IMG/VR virus record: IMGVR_UViG_3300034107_000364
Origin: a virus
Taxonomy: Duplodnaviria > Heunggongvirae > Uroviricota > Caudoviricetes
Direction: 5' to 3' (one strand)
DNA length: 64,000 nt
Both the position numbers and the translations under genes were made by a program. The notes beneath the pieces are model-generated. The model was not told where the DNA came from. It did no database searches and saw only the letters and a list, made by a program, of their open reading frames with translations. Within the stretch, counting starts at the first letter, position 1. Each line of letters starts with the position of its first letter. Below are positions 36,347 through 46,250 of this stretch, piece by piece.

Positions 36347-37774
36347 ATGGCAAATTTATTAAATGAAGCTGAGATCAAGAATACATGGGCACCGATTATC
36401 TCGGAAGCTACAGGTATCAACGAATCTAGCAAATTAGCTTGGATGTCGACTTACTGTCACAACCACAAACTTTATGAAGACGCGAACATCATGTCTTTAT
36501 CTAACAACCCTGGCCCAATGAACTTAACAGGTATGGGTGCAGTATCTTTTCCTTCTCAAATTGGACAAGGTGCAAATGTAGGAACTAACGGTTCTGGTGA
36601 TAAATCACCAACGTTATTACCTTTAGCAATGCAAGTTGCTGCTCAAACTATCGGTTTAGACTTAGTACCAGTAGTACCAATGGCTGGTCCAATGGGATTA
36701 TTGTCTTACTTAGACTTTACTTACGAAGGTGGTACAATCGCATTAGGCGGAACTGCTCCAACTTACATTAAAGCGGCTTTAGCTCACGCAGGTGCAGTTA
36801 CTATTCCTGCTGTAGGTGGAACAAACGCTGAATACGTATTCGTAGGTGCTTCTAGAATTGATGGTAAATCAATCTTCAAAGTAGTAGGTGACTTAGAAGC
36901 TGCTAACGTAGCTGCTGATTTAGCTGCTGCAACTTCTAAAACTACAGCTCAATTAGATGTAGAATTAGTTGCTGCATTAGAAGATCATATCCCAGGATTC
37001 TCTGGAGCTGCTGCTGACGGACGTCCAATGGCGAGAGAAGTTGGTGAAAGAACTGCTGATAAAGTAATGGGTCTTTCTTTATTCTCTAAATCAGTTGCTG
37101 CTGAAACTTTCCAAGTTGCTGCTGCAGTTACTAGAGAGCAAGTACAAGATTTAAAACAATTCGGTGTAGATGCTGTTGCTCAAGTAGAAGCAGTTTTAAC
37201 TAACGAATTAACTCAATCTATTAACAACCACATCTTAGCTAAAATGAGATCGATCGCTGAAACAGGTCTTCCAACTCTTGCTTTAGTTTACACAGACGGT
37301 GGTAACACTTACGGTGATGTTAACAGAAGAATCTTAACTAACATTCTTGCTGCTGCGAACTTAATCGCAAACAGAGGAAGAAGAGGTGCTGGTAACTTCG
37401 CAGTTGTAGGAGCAAAAGTTGCTTCAGCTTTACAATCAATTGCAGGTTTCGTACCAAATCCAATGGCTAACACTTTCAACCAAGTTGCTGGTGCTATCTA
37501 CCCATTAGGATCTGTTGCAGGTGTTAACATCTATACTGACCCTAACTTAGAGTGGGAAACTACTACTCAACAAGTATTAGTTGGTAGAAAAGGTGATGGT
37601 AACGGTGCTGGATTAGTATTCATGCCTTACTTAATGGCTGAATCAGTTCAAATGATTGCAGAAGGAACAATGGCTCCGAAAGTAGCTGTTAAATCTAGAT
37701 ATGCATTAGTTGAAGCTGGATTCCACCCAGGTACACAATACCAAAAATTCAACGTTACAGGTTTAGTATTGTAA
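36347..37774 (+). CDS. gp23: Major capsid protein (T4 gp23-like)
   Basis: DLVPVVPM.GP.G, TREQVQDL..FG.DA, NELTQ.IN and FMPY...KSRYAL. Confidence 0.93.
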   Translation: MANLLNEAEIKNTWAPIISEATGINESSKLAWMSTYCHNHKLYEDANIMSLSNNPGPMNLTGMGAVSFPSQIGQGANVGTNGSGDKSPTLLPLAMQVAAQTIGLDLVPVVPMAGPMGLLSYLDFTYEGGTIALGGTAPTYIKAALAHAGAVTIPAVGGTNAEYVFVGASRIDGKSIFKVVGDLEAANVAADLAAATSKTTAQLDVELVAALEDHIPGFSGAAADGRPMAREVGERTADKVMGLSLFSKSVAAETFQVAAAVTREQVQDLKQFGVDAVAQVEAVLTNELTQSINNHILAKMRSIAETGLPTLALVYTDGGNTYGDVNRRILTNILAAANLIANRGRRGAGNFAVVGAKVASALQSIAGFVPNPMANTFNQVAGAIYPLGSVAGVNIYTDPNLEWETTTQQVLVGRKGDGNGAGLVFMPYLMAESVQMIAEGTMAPKVAVKSRYALVEAGFHPGTQYQKFNVTGLVL

Positions 37775-37797
37775 TCTGAACTAGAATAATTTATATG

Positions 37798-37827
37798 AAA
37801 AGGTCATCTTAGGATGACCTTTTTTTT
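37798..37827 (+). terminator. Rho-independent terminator after the MCP gene
   Basis: AAAAGGTCATC-TTAG-GATGACCTTTT followed by a T-run. Confidence 0.9.
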
Positions 37828-37901
37828 GTTTTAAACTTTTGTAAATTAAGGCAGATATATAATCTAACAACATAATTAAAACTATAAAATAAACAAACAT
37901 T

Positions 37902-39434
37902 ATGAAACTAAAATCAAAATTAAAACTTTACGAAGAATTTGTAAATGTAACCCGTCAAGTAAATGACTCTAATGCAACGAAAACTGATGTTGCAATTGAT
38001 AAGGTATCTGTAGATAAAGAAAATACTATCAGAACAGAAATAACCAAAGACGTAGATTCAATTCTTAATAATTTAATTGAATTATCAGACAGAATCGGAG
38101 AAGGCGTTGAAATTGAAATTAATGAATTATATGAAGAACTTTTTCAATTACTAAATGTTTCTGATTTAAATGAAGGTATTTTGGATTTTATTAAAAGTCC
38201 TATCAAATTCATGAAAATCCAAAAGAACATGAAAATGTACCAAAAAGCTCTTGTTCAACAATCTATTAATGAAATTGATTTCGCTAAGAAAAAAGAAGCT
38301 TCAAAAGAAGATCCTAATCCTAAAGCATTAGAAGTACTTAAGCAAGCTAATTTAGCTAAAAATTTAGCACTTAAAGATCAAGTAGATGCTATTGTCGATA
38401 GAATGTCACAACTTAGTGCGGATGATGAAGGTTTAGCAAAAGTAGTTGCTGTTGGTAAAAGTAAATCAAAATTAGCTGCAGCTAAAATAGTAATGAAAGC
38501 TGCATCAGGTGAAGAAGCAAAAGCTCTTAAATTAAAAATTGCTACTTTAGAAGATAGAGTTGCTGATGATGAACAATCATTAAAAGATTATTCTGCTAAA
38601 GCAGGACCAACTGATAAAGAGAAAGCTGACAAAGAGGCTCAAGATGCAATTGACAAAGAAGCGATTAAAAATAAATCCGCAGAACAAACAGATGATGTTC
38701 AAACTGCAGAAACTCCAGCAGCTAAAACTCCAGCAGCTAAAACTCCAGCAGCTAAAACTCCAGCAGCAGATAAAACTGAACCTAAGGGTGGAAAAGAAGG
38801 TGAAGAAGAAACTGATCCAAAGGATGCAGAAATTGAAAAATTAGAAACTGCAAAAACCACAGCCAAAGAAGCGTATGATGCACTTCCTGAGGATGCAGAT
38901 ATGAAAACTAAAGCAGCTGCAAAGGTGAAACTTTTACAGATTCAATTAAAGCAAGCTCAACTTAAAGAAGATGATGCAGAAGTTATAGATGGATTTAAAC
39001 AAGAATTAGAACAAGAAACTGCAAAAATGAATGCTAAAGTAATTCCACAAGTATCAGCACCTGCAGAAGAAACAGACGAAGTAACTGAAGAAGGTTTATC
39101 TTTTGAAGCAGCACTTATTGAAGCATCTGTAAGCGGTTTAATGGCATCTGATGATGAAGAAGATGGATACAAATATCTTAAAGCTCAAGCTAAAAAGCTA
39201 GGAGTTAAAGTAAGTGTAAACAAAGATCCTTATGGAGATGGTTATGATGAACTTGGTTTTTCTGGTGATAAAGCAGCAGTTATGAAATTAGCTGGAATAT
39301 CAGGACATGCTGAAGATATTACGGATGGTGTTTATGATTTATCAGAAACAAAAGAAGTAGAATTACCTAAAACTATTAAATTAGACGAAAGTATGACAAT
39401 CGCAGAGAAATTTGCAAGATTGATGAACAAATAA
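37902..39434 (+). CDS. Hypothetical acidic late protein with TPAAK repeats, probable virion protein
   Basis: 510 aa; GATATATA at 37854; YEEFVN and LNE motifs. Confidence 0.65.
   Translation: MKLKSKLKLYEEFVNVTRQVNDSNATKTDVAIDKVSVDKENTIRTEITKDVDSILNNLIELSDRIGEGVEIEINELYEELFQLLNVSDLNEGILDFIKSPIKFMKIQKNMKMYQKALVQQSINEIDFAKKKEASKEDPNPKALEVLKQANLAKNLALKDQVDAIVDRMSQLSADDEGLAKVVAVGKSKSKLAAAKIVMKAASGEEAKALKLKIATLEDRVADDEQSLKDYSAKAGPTDKEKADKEAQDAIDKEAIKNKSAEQTDDVQTAETPAAKTPAAKTPAAKTPAADKTEPKGGKEGEEETDPKDAEIEKLETAKTTAKEAYDALPEDADMKTKAAAKVKLLQIQLKQAQLKEDDAEVIDGFKQELEQETAKMNAKVIPQVSAPAEETDEVTEEGLSFEAALIEASVSGLMASDDEEDGYKYLKAQAKKLGVKVSVNKDPYGDGYDELGFSGDKAAVMKLAGISGHAEDITDGVYDLSETKEVELPKTIKLDESMTIAEKFARLMNK
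38711..38767 (+). repeat. 15-bp tandem repeat, about 4 copies (encodes TPAAK)
   Basis: AACTCCAGCAGCTAA three times plus a partial fourth copy. Confidence 0.95.
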
Positions 39435-39944
39435 TTAAAGACGACGCTTAGCGTTCTTCTTTGCAAGTTTAAGAAACTCCTCTCGTTCTTCGAGCAGGAG
39501 TTTTTTGCATTTCTTGCGAAACTCAATTGAACTCTTTAAGATACGACTATCGATCATCGGTGCCTTTAGTACATCATAATATTCAGGATGTAAAAAGTTT
39601 TCTAGATCAAAATTCATGAATTTGGCTTGAATTGGTTTAAAACTTACTGCACAGATCCAATCGATTACATTACAATTATTATACAAAGTAGCTAAGTCTA
39701 CTAATTTACCATTGGTATGATCCCAATATTTTTTAGTTAGCGTAACATTTTTTACTGGAGGTTTTTGCATTCTAAGTACACATTGGACAAATTGATCATT
39801 GTCAGACCACCTTCTAATATGTCTGTGGTCTACTAGGAACTTCCTGAAGAACTTTGCTAATGGAGCAAGTATAATACCGTACCTATTCCTTGGATTAGGA
39901 CCAGACGTGCGAGAGATGTTTATGTGTGAATAAGACATTGCCAT
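39435..39944 (-). CDS. Hypothetical basic protein, the only convincing minus-strand gene
   Basis: Fills a gap with no + strand gene; GATAAATA late motif on the minus strand at 39950-39957 just upstream of ATG 39944. Confidence 0.7.
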   Translation of the reverse strand: MAMSYSHINISRTSGPNPRNRYGIILAPLAKFFRKFLVDHRHIRRWSDNDQFVQCVLRMQKPPVKNVTLTKKYWDHTNGKLVDLATLYNNCNVIDWICAVSFKPIQAKFMNFDLENFLHPEYYDVLKAPMIDSRILKSSIEFRKKCKKLLLEEREEFLKLAKKNAKRRL

Positions 39945-39960
39945 TAATGTATTTATCATT

Positions 39961-39988
39961 GAAACCTTTTAACGTATTAATCGTATAA
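39961..39988 (+). promoter_or_regulatory. Class 2 promoter (GAAAC-N18-TATAA)
   Basis: GAAAC 39961-39965, TATAA 39984-39988. Confidence 0.6.
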
Positions 39989-40012
39989 CATGTAAACATA
40001 TCATATACATAC

Positions 40013-40969
40013 ATGAAATCAATAAATCAACTTTTTACAGAAAAGTACAGACCTTCAAACTTAGAAGAACTTATATTACCAGAAAGAGTAATGTCAAAAT
40101 TCAAAGATGGTTTGGTACAAAACATGTTGTTTGCAGGTAGTCCAGGTACTGGTAAAACCTCATGCGCAAAAGCAATTGTTAATCAATTCAAGTTACCATA
40201 CTTGTACATTAACGCGTCAACCGATACTTCGGTAGATGTTATTAGAACCAGAATCACAGACTTCTGTTCTACAGTTTCCATTATGGATGCACCTGGAATG
40301 TTCAAGGTAGTTATTCTAGATGAGGTCGATGGTGTATCTGATCAATTCTTTAAAGCACTTCGTGCAACTATGGAAACATTCTCAAGTAATTCTCGTTTTA
40401 TAGCAACGTGTAATTACATTAATAAATTACCAGATCCAATTCTTAGTCGTTTTGAAGTTATTGATTTTGACTTTGATAAACAAGAAGAAACAGAATTGAC
40501 CAAGAAATACATTAAGAGAGTGTATGAGATCTGTGGCAAAGAAGACATGACAATTGAAAAACCAGCATTGGTAGAATTTGTTAAAAGAAACTTTCCAGAT
40601 TTAAGAACTACTTTAAATAAATTACAAGGTTACAAAACACAGGGTACTTCTAATATCACAGCAGAAGATGTTAAGAAATTTAATTCAGTTTACAAAGATG
40701 TATTCGAGTTAATCTTTAACGAAACAGATCCAGCTAAAAACTATCAAACATTGGTAGGAAATTATGCTAATAGAGTTGATGATGTATTGCAAACATTGGG
40801 TGCAGAATTTATCGAATATATTCAGCAAGAGAAAGGGCAATATATAAAACATATACCACAAGTTGTTATAACTGTCGCTAAACATCAAGCACAAAGGGTA
40901 CATGTTATTGATCCTGTAATCACGATGTTAAGCTGTGTATATGAGATACAAAGTATAATTAATTCGTAA
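40013..40969 (+). CDS. gp44: Clamp loader large subunit (RFC / T4 gp44-like)
   Basis: EKYRP, GSPGTGKT, ILDE, TCN and SRF...FPDLR. Confidence 0.92.
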   Translation: MKSINQLFTEKYRPSNLEELILPERVMSKFKDGLVQNMLFAGSPGTGKTSCAKAIVNQFKLPYLYINASTDTSVDVIRTRITDFCSTVSIMDAPGMFKVVILDEVDGVSDQFFKALRATMETFSSNSRFIATCNYINKLPDPILSRFEVIDFDFDKQEETELTKKYIKRVYEICGKEDMTIEKPALVEFVKRNFPDLRTTLNKLQGYKTQGTSNITAEDVKKFNSVYKDVFELIFNETDPAKNYQTLVGNYANRVDDVLQTLGAEFIEYIQQEKGQYIKHIPQVVITVAKHQAQRVHVIDPVITMLSCVYEIQSIINS

Positions 40970-41016
40970 ATAACTAATAAATAATTTTTTAGTCTCAATA
41001 TTTTTTAGTATATTTG
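40960..41016 (+). promoter_or_regulatory. Class 1 promoter variant with a Bacteroidota-consensus TAnnTTTG box
   Basis: TTCGTAA core 40963-40969; TCTCA 40993-40997; N11; TATATTTG 41009-41016. Confidence 0.55.
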
Positions 41017-41037
41017 ACTAAGTAAAGAAATATAAAT

Positions 41038-42309
41038 ATGAAAGTGGGAAAACATACACTATTAATAGACGGTAATTATTTTGTATTCAGTAGGCTTTTT
41101 GTACTTCAAAAACCTAAGAGCGGACAGCTTTTAGGAGATGATAAACAAAAGTCACAGTTTATGAGAAAATTAGCCATTGACTTTGCATCAGAGATGCGAA
41201 AGTTAAAAATGTTCGTGGATGACGTGGTATTGACAGTAGATTCAAAATCATGGCGTAAAGACTTATATCCAGAAGCTGATTATAAAGGCACTAGAAAACA
41301 AAGCAGCGATGTCAATTGGACAAACGTATATAGCGTATATGAAGAATTTCAAAAGATCTTAGCATCTAAAGGTGTTACAGTGCATCAAATTCAAGGAGCT
41401 GAAGCAGATGATGTTATATTTGGTTGGTCAACGGCTCTTAATAATAGAGGTAAATCATGTATCGTATGGTCAGGTGACAGGGATCTTATCCAGTTAGTTA
41501 ACTATTCTAAGACTAATGATGCACATACAATATGGTATTACAACACCAAGAAGTCACTGTATGTGTATGAAGGCTTTGAGCGTGATATGACTCAATCTAT
41601 TGCTAATGATATGAGTGCCGATGATTTATTATTTAATATGGGTGGTGAGCACATGACAAGAGATACTTATCAAACTAATATTTTAGCATGGGTAAAAGAT
41701 CTTAAAATAGAAATGACAGAAGTTGATTGCGATAGATTTATTTTTAATAAAATATTAATCGGTGATAAGTCAGATAATATTCCATCAGTAGTTACTTGGC
41801 AAAAAGAAATGAAAGGTGGTAAATTAAGAATCTTCTCAATCACCGAGAAAATGGCAGATACTGTTTATGAGCAATTCGTTAAAGAGTTAGATAACTTTAC
41901 AATAGAGCACCTATTTAATCAAGAATATAAAAACAAATTAACAGATATTATTTATAGAGTAGTTGGTCATGGTAACTTAACACTGATCAAATCTTCATTA
42001 TCCAATAATATAGCATTAATGTTATTACACGTTAAAACTATTCCAGATTCAATTCAGCGTGCTATTTATGATGCAATTGACAAAGATTGGGAAGGTGCTT
42101 TAGAACAAGTAGATCAATTCATGGATATGGAAAAAATCTTAGAAGGTACACATTGGTTAGATGATAAAGTTGGATTTGGTGTAGATGCTTTCGCAGGTAT
42201 GGATATTCCAGTAGAAGAAACAGTTAAAAAAGAACCAATGAAATTAGTTGGTAAAAAAACAGAGCCTACTAAAACTACTGCATTACCAATGACTAAAAAA
42301 TTATTCTAA
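41038..42309 (+). CDS. rnh: 5'-3' exonuclease / RNase H (T4 rnh, FEN-like)
   Basis: IDGNY, WRK..YP..YKG.R, EADDV, SGDRD and GDKSDNIP. Confidence 0.9.
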   Translation: MKVGKHTLLIDGNYFVFSRLFVLQKPKSGQLLGDDKQKSQFMRKLAIDFASEMRKLKMFVDDVVLTVDSKSWRKDLYPEADYKGTRKQSSDVNWTNVYSVYEEFQKILASKGVTVHQIQGAEADDVIFGWSTALNNRGKSCIVWSGDRDLIQLVNYSKTNDAHTIWYYNTKKSLYVYEGFERDMTQSIANDMSADDLLFNMGGEHMTRDTYQTNILAWVKDLKIEMTEVDCDRFIFNKILIGDKSDNIPSVVTWQKEMKGGKLRIFSITEKMADTVYEQFVKELDNFTIEHLFNQEYKNKLTDIIYRVVGHGNLTLIKSSLSNNIALMLLHVKTIPDSIQRAIYDAIDKDWEGALEQVDQFMDMEKILEGTHWLDDKVGFGVDAFAGMDIPVEETVKKEPMKLVGKKTEPTKTTALPMTKKLF

Positions 42310-42467
42310 TGAGTATAGAAGATCAAGCAACAATCGAAGCAATTCTAGAAGAAGCATCTGCATTTGGTTTAAGACGTGAAGTACAAGAATGGGCTAATAA
42401 ATTCATAAGCGAGGGTGTTGAAGCTGTAACTGCACATCACCTAGCATATGATGAATGGATAAAATAA
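42309..42467 (+). CDS. Small hypothetical protein (52 aa; not in the ORF track)
   Basis: TAATG overlap; MSIEDQATIEAILEE...YDEWIK. Confidence 0.6.
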   Translation: MSIEDQATIEAILEEASAFGLRREVQEWANKFISEGVEAVTAHHLAYDEWIK

Positions 42468-42497
42468 AACATAATCATCATATAGAGTATAAACAAT

Positions 42498-42926
42498 ATG
42501 CTAGACGAGACTAAATTATTCGACTTTGTGAAAATTATGTTCACAAAGCCAGATCAATTCAATAATATGAAACTACATACGAAGAAGCGCCATCATTTTA
42601 TGATTAACCGCTTCTTCGCTATTAAGTACCCTGCTAATGCCAATATGTTTAATTTTAATGGCATTAATGGTGGTAATGTGGTAGAATCATGGGGAATGGT
42701 CGCACAAAGATTCAAGAGTGTTCCAATGTGGTTTTACACCAAAACAAAAAAAGCAGAGAAAGAAATCGTAGATAAATATACACCTAGCGAAGCTGTGATC
42801 GAATTATACCTAACTAAAAATGAAATAGGTATGAGAGAATTTAATGAATTAAAACAATTCGCCAAGGCTGATTTATTCAGTGACTTACAAAAAATTGAAA
42901 CACAGTTAGATGTCTATAGAAAATAA
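42498..42926 (+). CDS. Clamp loader small subunit (T4 gp62-like)
   Basis: LFDFV..., FMINRFF and A..FN pattern typical of gp62; promoter variant AAAAC-N17-TATAA at 42466-42492. Confidence 0.65.
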   Translation: MLDETKLFDFVKIMFTKPDQFNNMKLHTKKRHHFMINRFFAIKYPANANMFNFNGINGGNVVESWGMVAQRFKSVPMWFYTKTKKAEKEIVDKYTPSEAVIELYLTKNEIGMREFNELKQFAKADLFSDLQKIETQLDVYRK

Positions 42927-43560
42927 AGATGATTTCTCAGAGGTAGTTGACATTACATTATACAAATATAATTCCATAGATATTAAAATATGGGGATTAA
43001 TTCAACGCGACATAGAAAGTAAAAAACTAGCAGATGAATCTTATTTGGTTTCTGCTAGTAAAATGCAAATGTATATTAATAAATGGTTTTCTGCTGATGT
43101 CAATAGATTTCAATCAGTAGGTGAGATGTCCATTCATAAAGAAGCCACTTCTATTTATTTTATTTGGCAAATGCTAAATAACATATCTAATTTGTCGTGG
43201 ATCAAAATTAATCTAAATAAAAATATAACTTACAATAGAATTGTAAATATTGATCAAATCAAAACGATTAGATACAATATAAAAATTATACGAGGTAGTT
43301 TAAGACTTTTTGATTTATTTGAGACAAGAGAACTGAATATAGTTAATGATATAATGGATCGTTGTAAACTATTACCAGATGGTCAAATGTATAAAGTATT
43401 CAAATTAAGAAAATTCATGAATGTTCTTGACATGTATTTAACAGACGATACAGGTAGTGAAACATTTAGCGTTATAAATACCATTATTCAAAAATTAGAA
43501 CCATATGAAATTGATGATCCGGAAATCCTTTTAATAACGGACAGAAATTCAGATATATAA
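42910..43560 (+). CDS. Hypothetical protein
   Basis: 216-aa ORF. Confidence 0.6.
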   Translation: MSIENKDDFSEVVDITLYKYNSIDIKIWGLIQRDIESKKLADESYLVSASKMQMYINKWFSADVNRFQSVGEMSIHKEATSIYFIWQMLNNISNLSWIKINLNKNITYNRIVNIDQIKTIRYNIKIIRGSLRLFDLFETRELNIVNDIMDRCKLLPDGQMYKVFKLRKFMNVLDMYLTDDTGSETFSVINTIIQKLEPYEIDDPEILLITDRNSDI

Positions 43561-43588
43561 TAAAAAACAGACTACTTGTCACTAATTA

Positions 43589-45538
43589 ATGGTAAGAAAC
43601 TTTACAGCAGATCAAATAGGCGATGCATTTATAGCCAAACTAATTACTCCATATAATGATGTCGTAGGCATTAATTCATGGAACATAATTGCTGGTGTAA
43701 GTAATTCTAATACTATAGGTACTCTAACAATGAGTGCTGGAAGTAATGTAGTTACTGGTTATCGTACTAATCTGGATCTAGCAATAGGCGATAAGATTAT
43801 CGTAGGTAATGTAGAATTTGAAGTAGCTAGTATAGTTAGTACATTTGTATTCACTGTAACAACACCACCTCAATTTTCAGGAACAGGTCTCAAGTTTTAT
43901 AAACCATTAGATGAAGACAATTTCTTTGACTATGAATTTAAATGGTCACAAGAACCTTTAAATAGTGATGGTGGCATAATGTCAGAATATAGACCATTAA
44001 ATAATGGTACAAATCCAACAGATATTTTAGGTTTAACATTCGATCCATTAAAACCATTATGGATCACAGTTAGATTTACAGTTAATAGATTATCTACAGC
44101 ACATACAGTATCCTTATTAAGTCTTACATTTAATATAGAAACAGTGGCTGGTGAAATAATTTCATGTCCTCAATATTGTACAGATTGTACAGATCCATAC
44201 GCAATGAATGGTTGTGCAAATATTATCGTAGATTGTGATGAGAATCTATTTAATCCATATAATCTAACAAAACCTACAAATTTATATAAGCAAATGTCTG
44301 ATCTTTCAACTAATATGTTTGGCCACCCGGTTAAATATTTTAGAGTAGAACCAGATCAAAGATCACGCGACGTTATATTAATGGAATATTCATTGTATAA
44401 TGTAAAAGAAACTGGTGAATTTAAAATCATGGTACCAGATAATGAGTTGCCTTCTAATGACTTTAAATTTGACATATATGGAATGAGTTTTGAAGATTTT
44501 GAAATTCATATAACTGCAACACAGTTTAGTTCTGCATTTGGTTTTGGAAAAAGCCCAAGAGCTAGAGACTATATGTACTTTCCGTTAAATAATAGAATGT
44601 ACGAAGTTACCGCAGTTACATTTGCAGATGAATTCAATATGAATATGACATATTGGAGAGTAATGCTTAAGAAATTTGAAAATAAAACTAGTTCTATACA
44701 TACCGATTCTGCAATAGAACAGGAACTTAGCGATTTAATTACAGGTATTGAAGAAGTATTTGGTGAAGAAATGCAACAAGAATTTGCACAAGTTAGCAAA
44801 CCAGAACAATATCAAACAGTATTTAATACTGTAGGTGATGGTATACGCGATAGAGTCCATAATAATTTAACTATATTAGATACTGAGATTAGAAATAAAT
44901 GGACCATTATTAGCAAGAACACATATGATCTAAGTTCTATTAGTGATGTGGGAATTGAAGCTGTTGTTTATAAAAGAAAATCAACTTTAGCAACAGATGA
45001 AAATTTAGCAGTAACTTTATGGTTTAGACCAGATTTATCTGCGGCTAATCCTTCTGCTGTTTTATTGGATGGATTAATAGATCAAAAAGGTCTAAAAATA
45101 TCAACAACAAATGAAAACATATTTGTTCAAATAAATAATGATATACATCAATTTACATACAATGCTCCAGTAAGTTCGGCAGCATGGTACGGAATGGTAT
45201 TTAATTTGAATAACAAATATAATCAAATATCGACCACAGTCTATAAATTAGAACCAGGTAACAATTTATTACCTAATAATACAACGCAGAATAGTATTAC
45301 GAATATATTAGATGAAACCAAATCTATAACGCAATACAGTTGGATAACTACGAAACAATATGCACTTATGCCAGGTAAAATAAAAATGACCAACATAAGA
45401 ATGTTTAAAAAACCTATAGAATCAGAGCAAAGACTTAATATATTACAACAATATGTGGTTAGAGATAATCAACTTGCAACGATTATAGACAACGCAATTC
45501 CTTCTATTCAGCTTAGACGTTACAATCAAGCCAGATAA
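43589..45538 (+). CDS. Neck protein (gp14-like central domain) with N-terminal beta domain and C-terminal LamG/concanavalin-like domain
   Basis: FG..V.Y.R......D.IL.EY and YFPL..R.YE.T.V (gp14-like); AVTLWFRP...WYGMVF...TNIRMFKK (LamG-like); late promoter at 43552. Confidence 0.6.
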   Translation: MVRNFTADQIGDAFIAKLITPYNDVVGINSWNIIAGVSNSNTIGTLTMSAGSNVVTGYRTNLDLAIGDKIIVGNVEFEVASIVSTFVFTVTTPPQFSGTGLKFYKPLDEDNFFDYEFKWSQEPLNSDGGIMSEYRPLNNGTNPTDILGLTFDPLKPLWITVRFTVNRLSTAHTVSLLSLTFNIETVAGEIISCPQYCTDCTDPYAMNGCANIIVDCDENLFNPYNLTKPTNLYKQMSDLSTNMFGHPVKYFRVEPDQRSRDVILMEYSLYNVKETGEFKIMVPDNELPSNDFKFDIYGMSFEDFEIHITATQFSSAFGFGKSPRARDYMYFPLNNRMYEVTAVTFADEFNMNMTYWRVMLKKFENKTSSIHTDSAIEQELSDLITGIEEVFGEEMQQEFAQVSKPEQYQTVFNTVGDGIRDRVHNNLTILDTEIRNKWTIISKNTYDLSSISDVGIEAVVYKRKSTLATDENLAVTLWFRPDLSAANPSAVLLDGLIDQKGLKISTTNENIFVQINNDIHQFTYNAPVSSAAWYGMVFNLNNKYNQISTTVYKLEPGNNLLPNNTTQNSITNILDETKSITQYSWITTKQYALMPGKIKMTNIRMFKKPIESEQRLNILQQYVVRDNQLATIIDNAIPSIQLRRYNQAR

Positions 45539-45584
45539 TACGTATCCAGCATAGGTTGATATATAACCTATAAATAACATTTTT

Positions 45585-46250
45585 ATGAGCGAAGAAAAGA
45601 AAAAGAATATATCTGAACAAGCAGATCAAATTCGTAGAGAATTAGACGATCTAATAGGAGACACAGGTATGATGGATGTTGAGACTGATCCAGTAGATCT
45701 TCCAATCAAACAACCTAGGACCGATTTGGCACCAAGAGTCAGTTATGAAGAATTAAAGTCAGCTGCAACTAGAAAAGCAGAAAAGACTATTACAGCTCTT
45801 ATGAAATTTTATCTCGATGCAGATATTATTGAAAAGGACGAATATATTGCCGCAAAGAAAAAGATGGACGAAATGACTATGTCATCTTTGATTTACCAAT
45901 TACAAGCGGGAGAAAGAGCATTAACCACACTTTTACAAACTATTGATGATGGTGAATTAGCACCTCGAATGTTTGAAGTACTTGCTACTCTACAAAAATC
46001 CATGTTAGATATTATCAAATCACAAACAATGTACTTAATGGCTTCTGAGGAATCTACTAAGAGAATTGCACGTGACATTGAAATCTACAAGAAACGAGAC
46101 GATGTTAGAGAAATAGAAGCCTCTGGAGGTGATACTACAAATAAAAATCTACAAAGAGGTACTAAAGATTTAATGGCAGCCATTCAAGCTGGTATTAAAC
46201 GAGGACCTGCAGAAGATATTGAGGACGTCGAAGAAATAACAGAAGACTAA
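45585..46250 (+). CDS. Terminase small subunit (gp16-like)
   Basis: PRMFEVLATL motif; immediately upstream of TerL. Confidence 0.7.
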   Translation: MSEEKKKNISEQADQIRRELDDLIGDTGMMDVETDPVDLPIKQPRTDLAPRVSYEELKSAATRKAEKTITALMKFYLDADIIEKDEYIAAKKKMDEMTMSSLIYQLQAGERALTTLLQTIDDGELAPRMFEVLATLQKSMLDIIKSQTMYLMASEESTKRIARDIEIYKKRDDVREIEASGGDTTNKNLQRGTKDLMAAIQAGIKRGPAEDIEDVEEITED

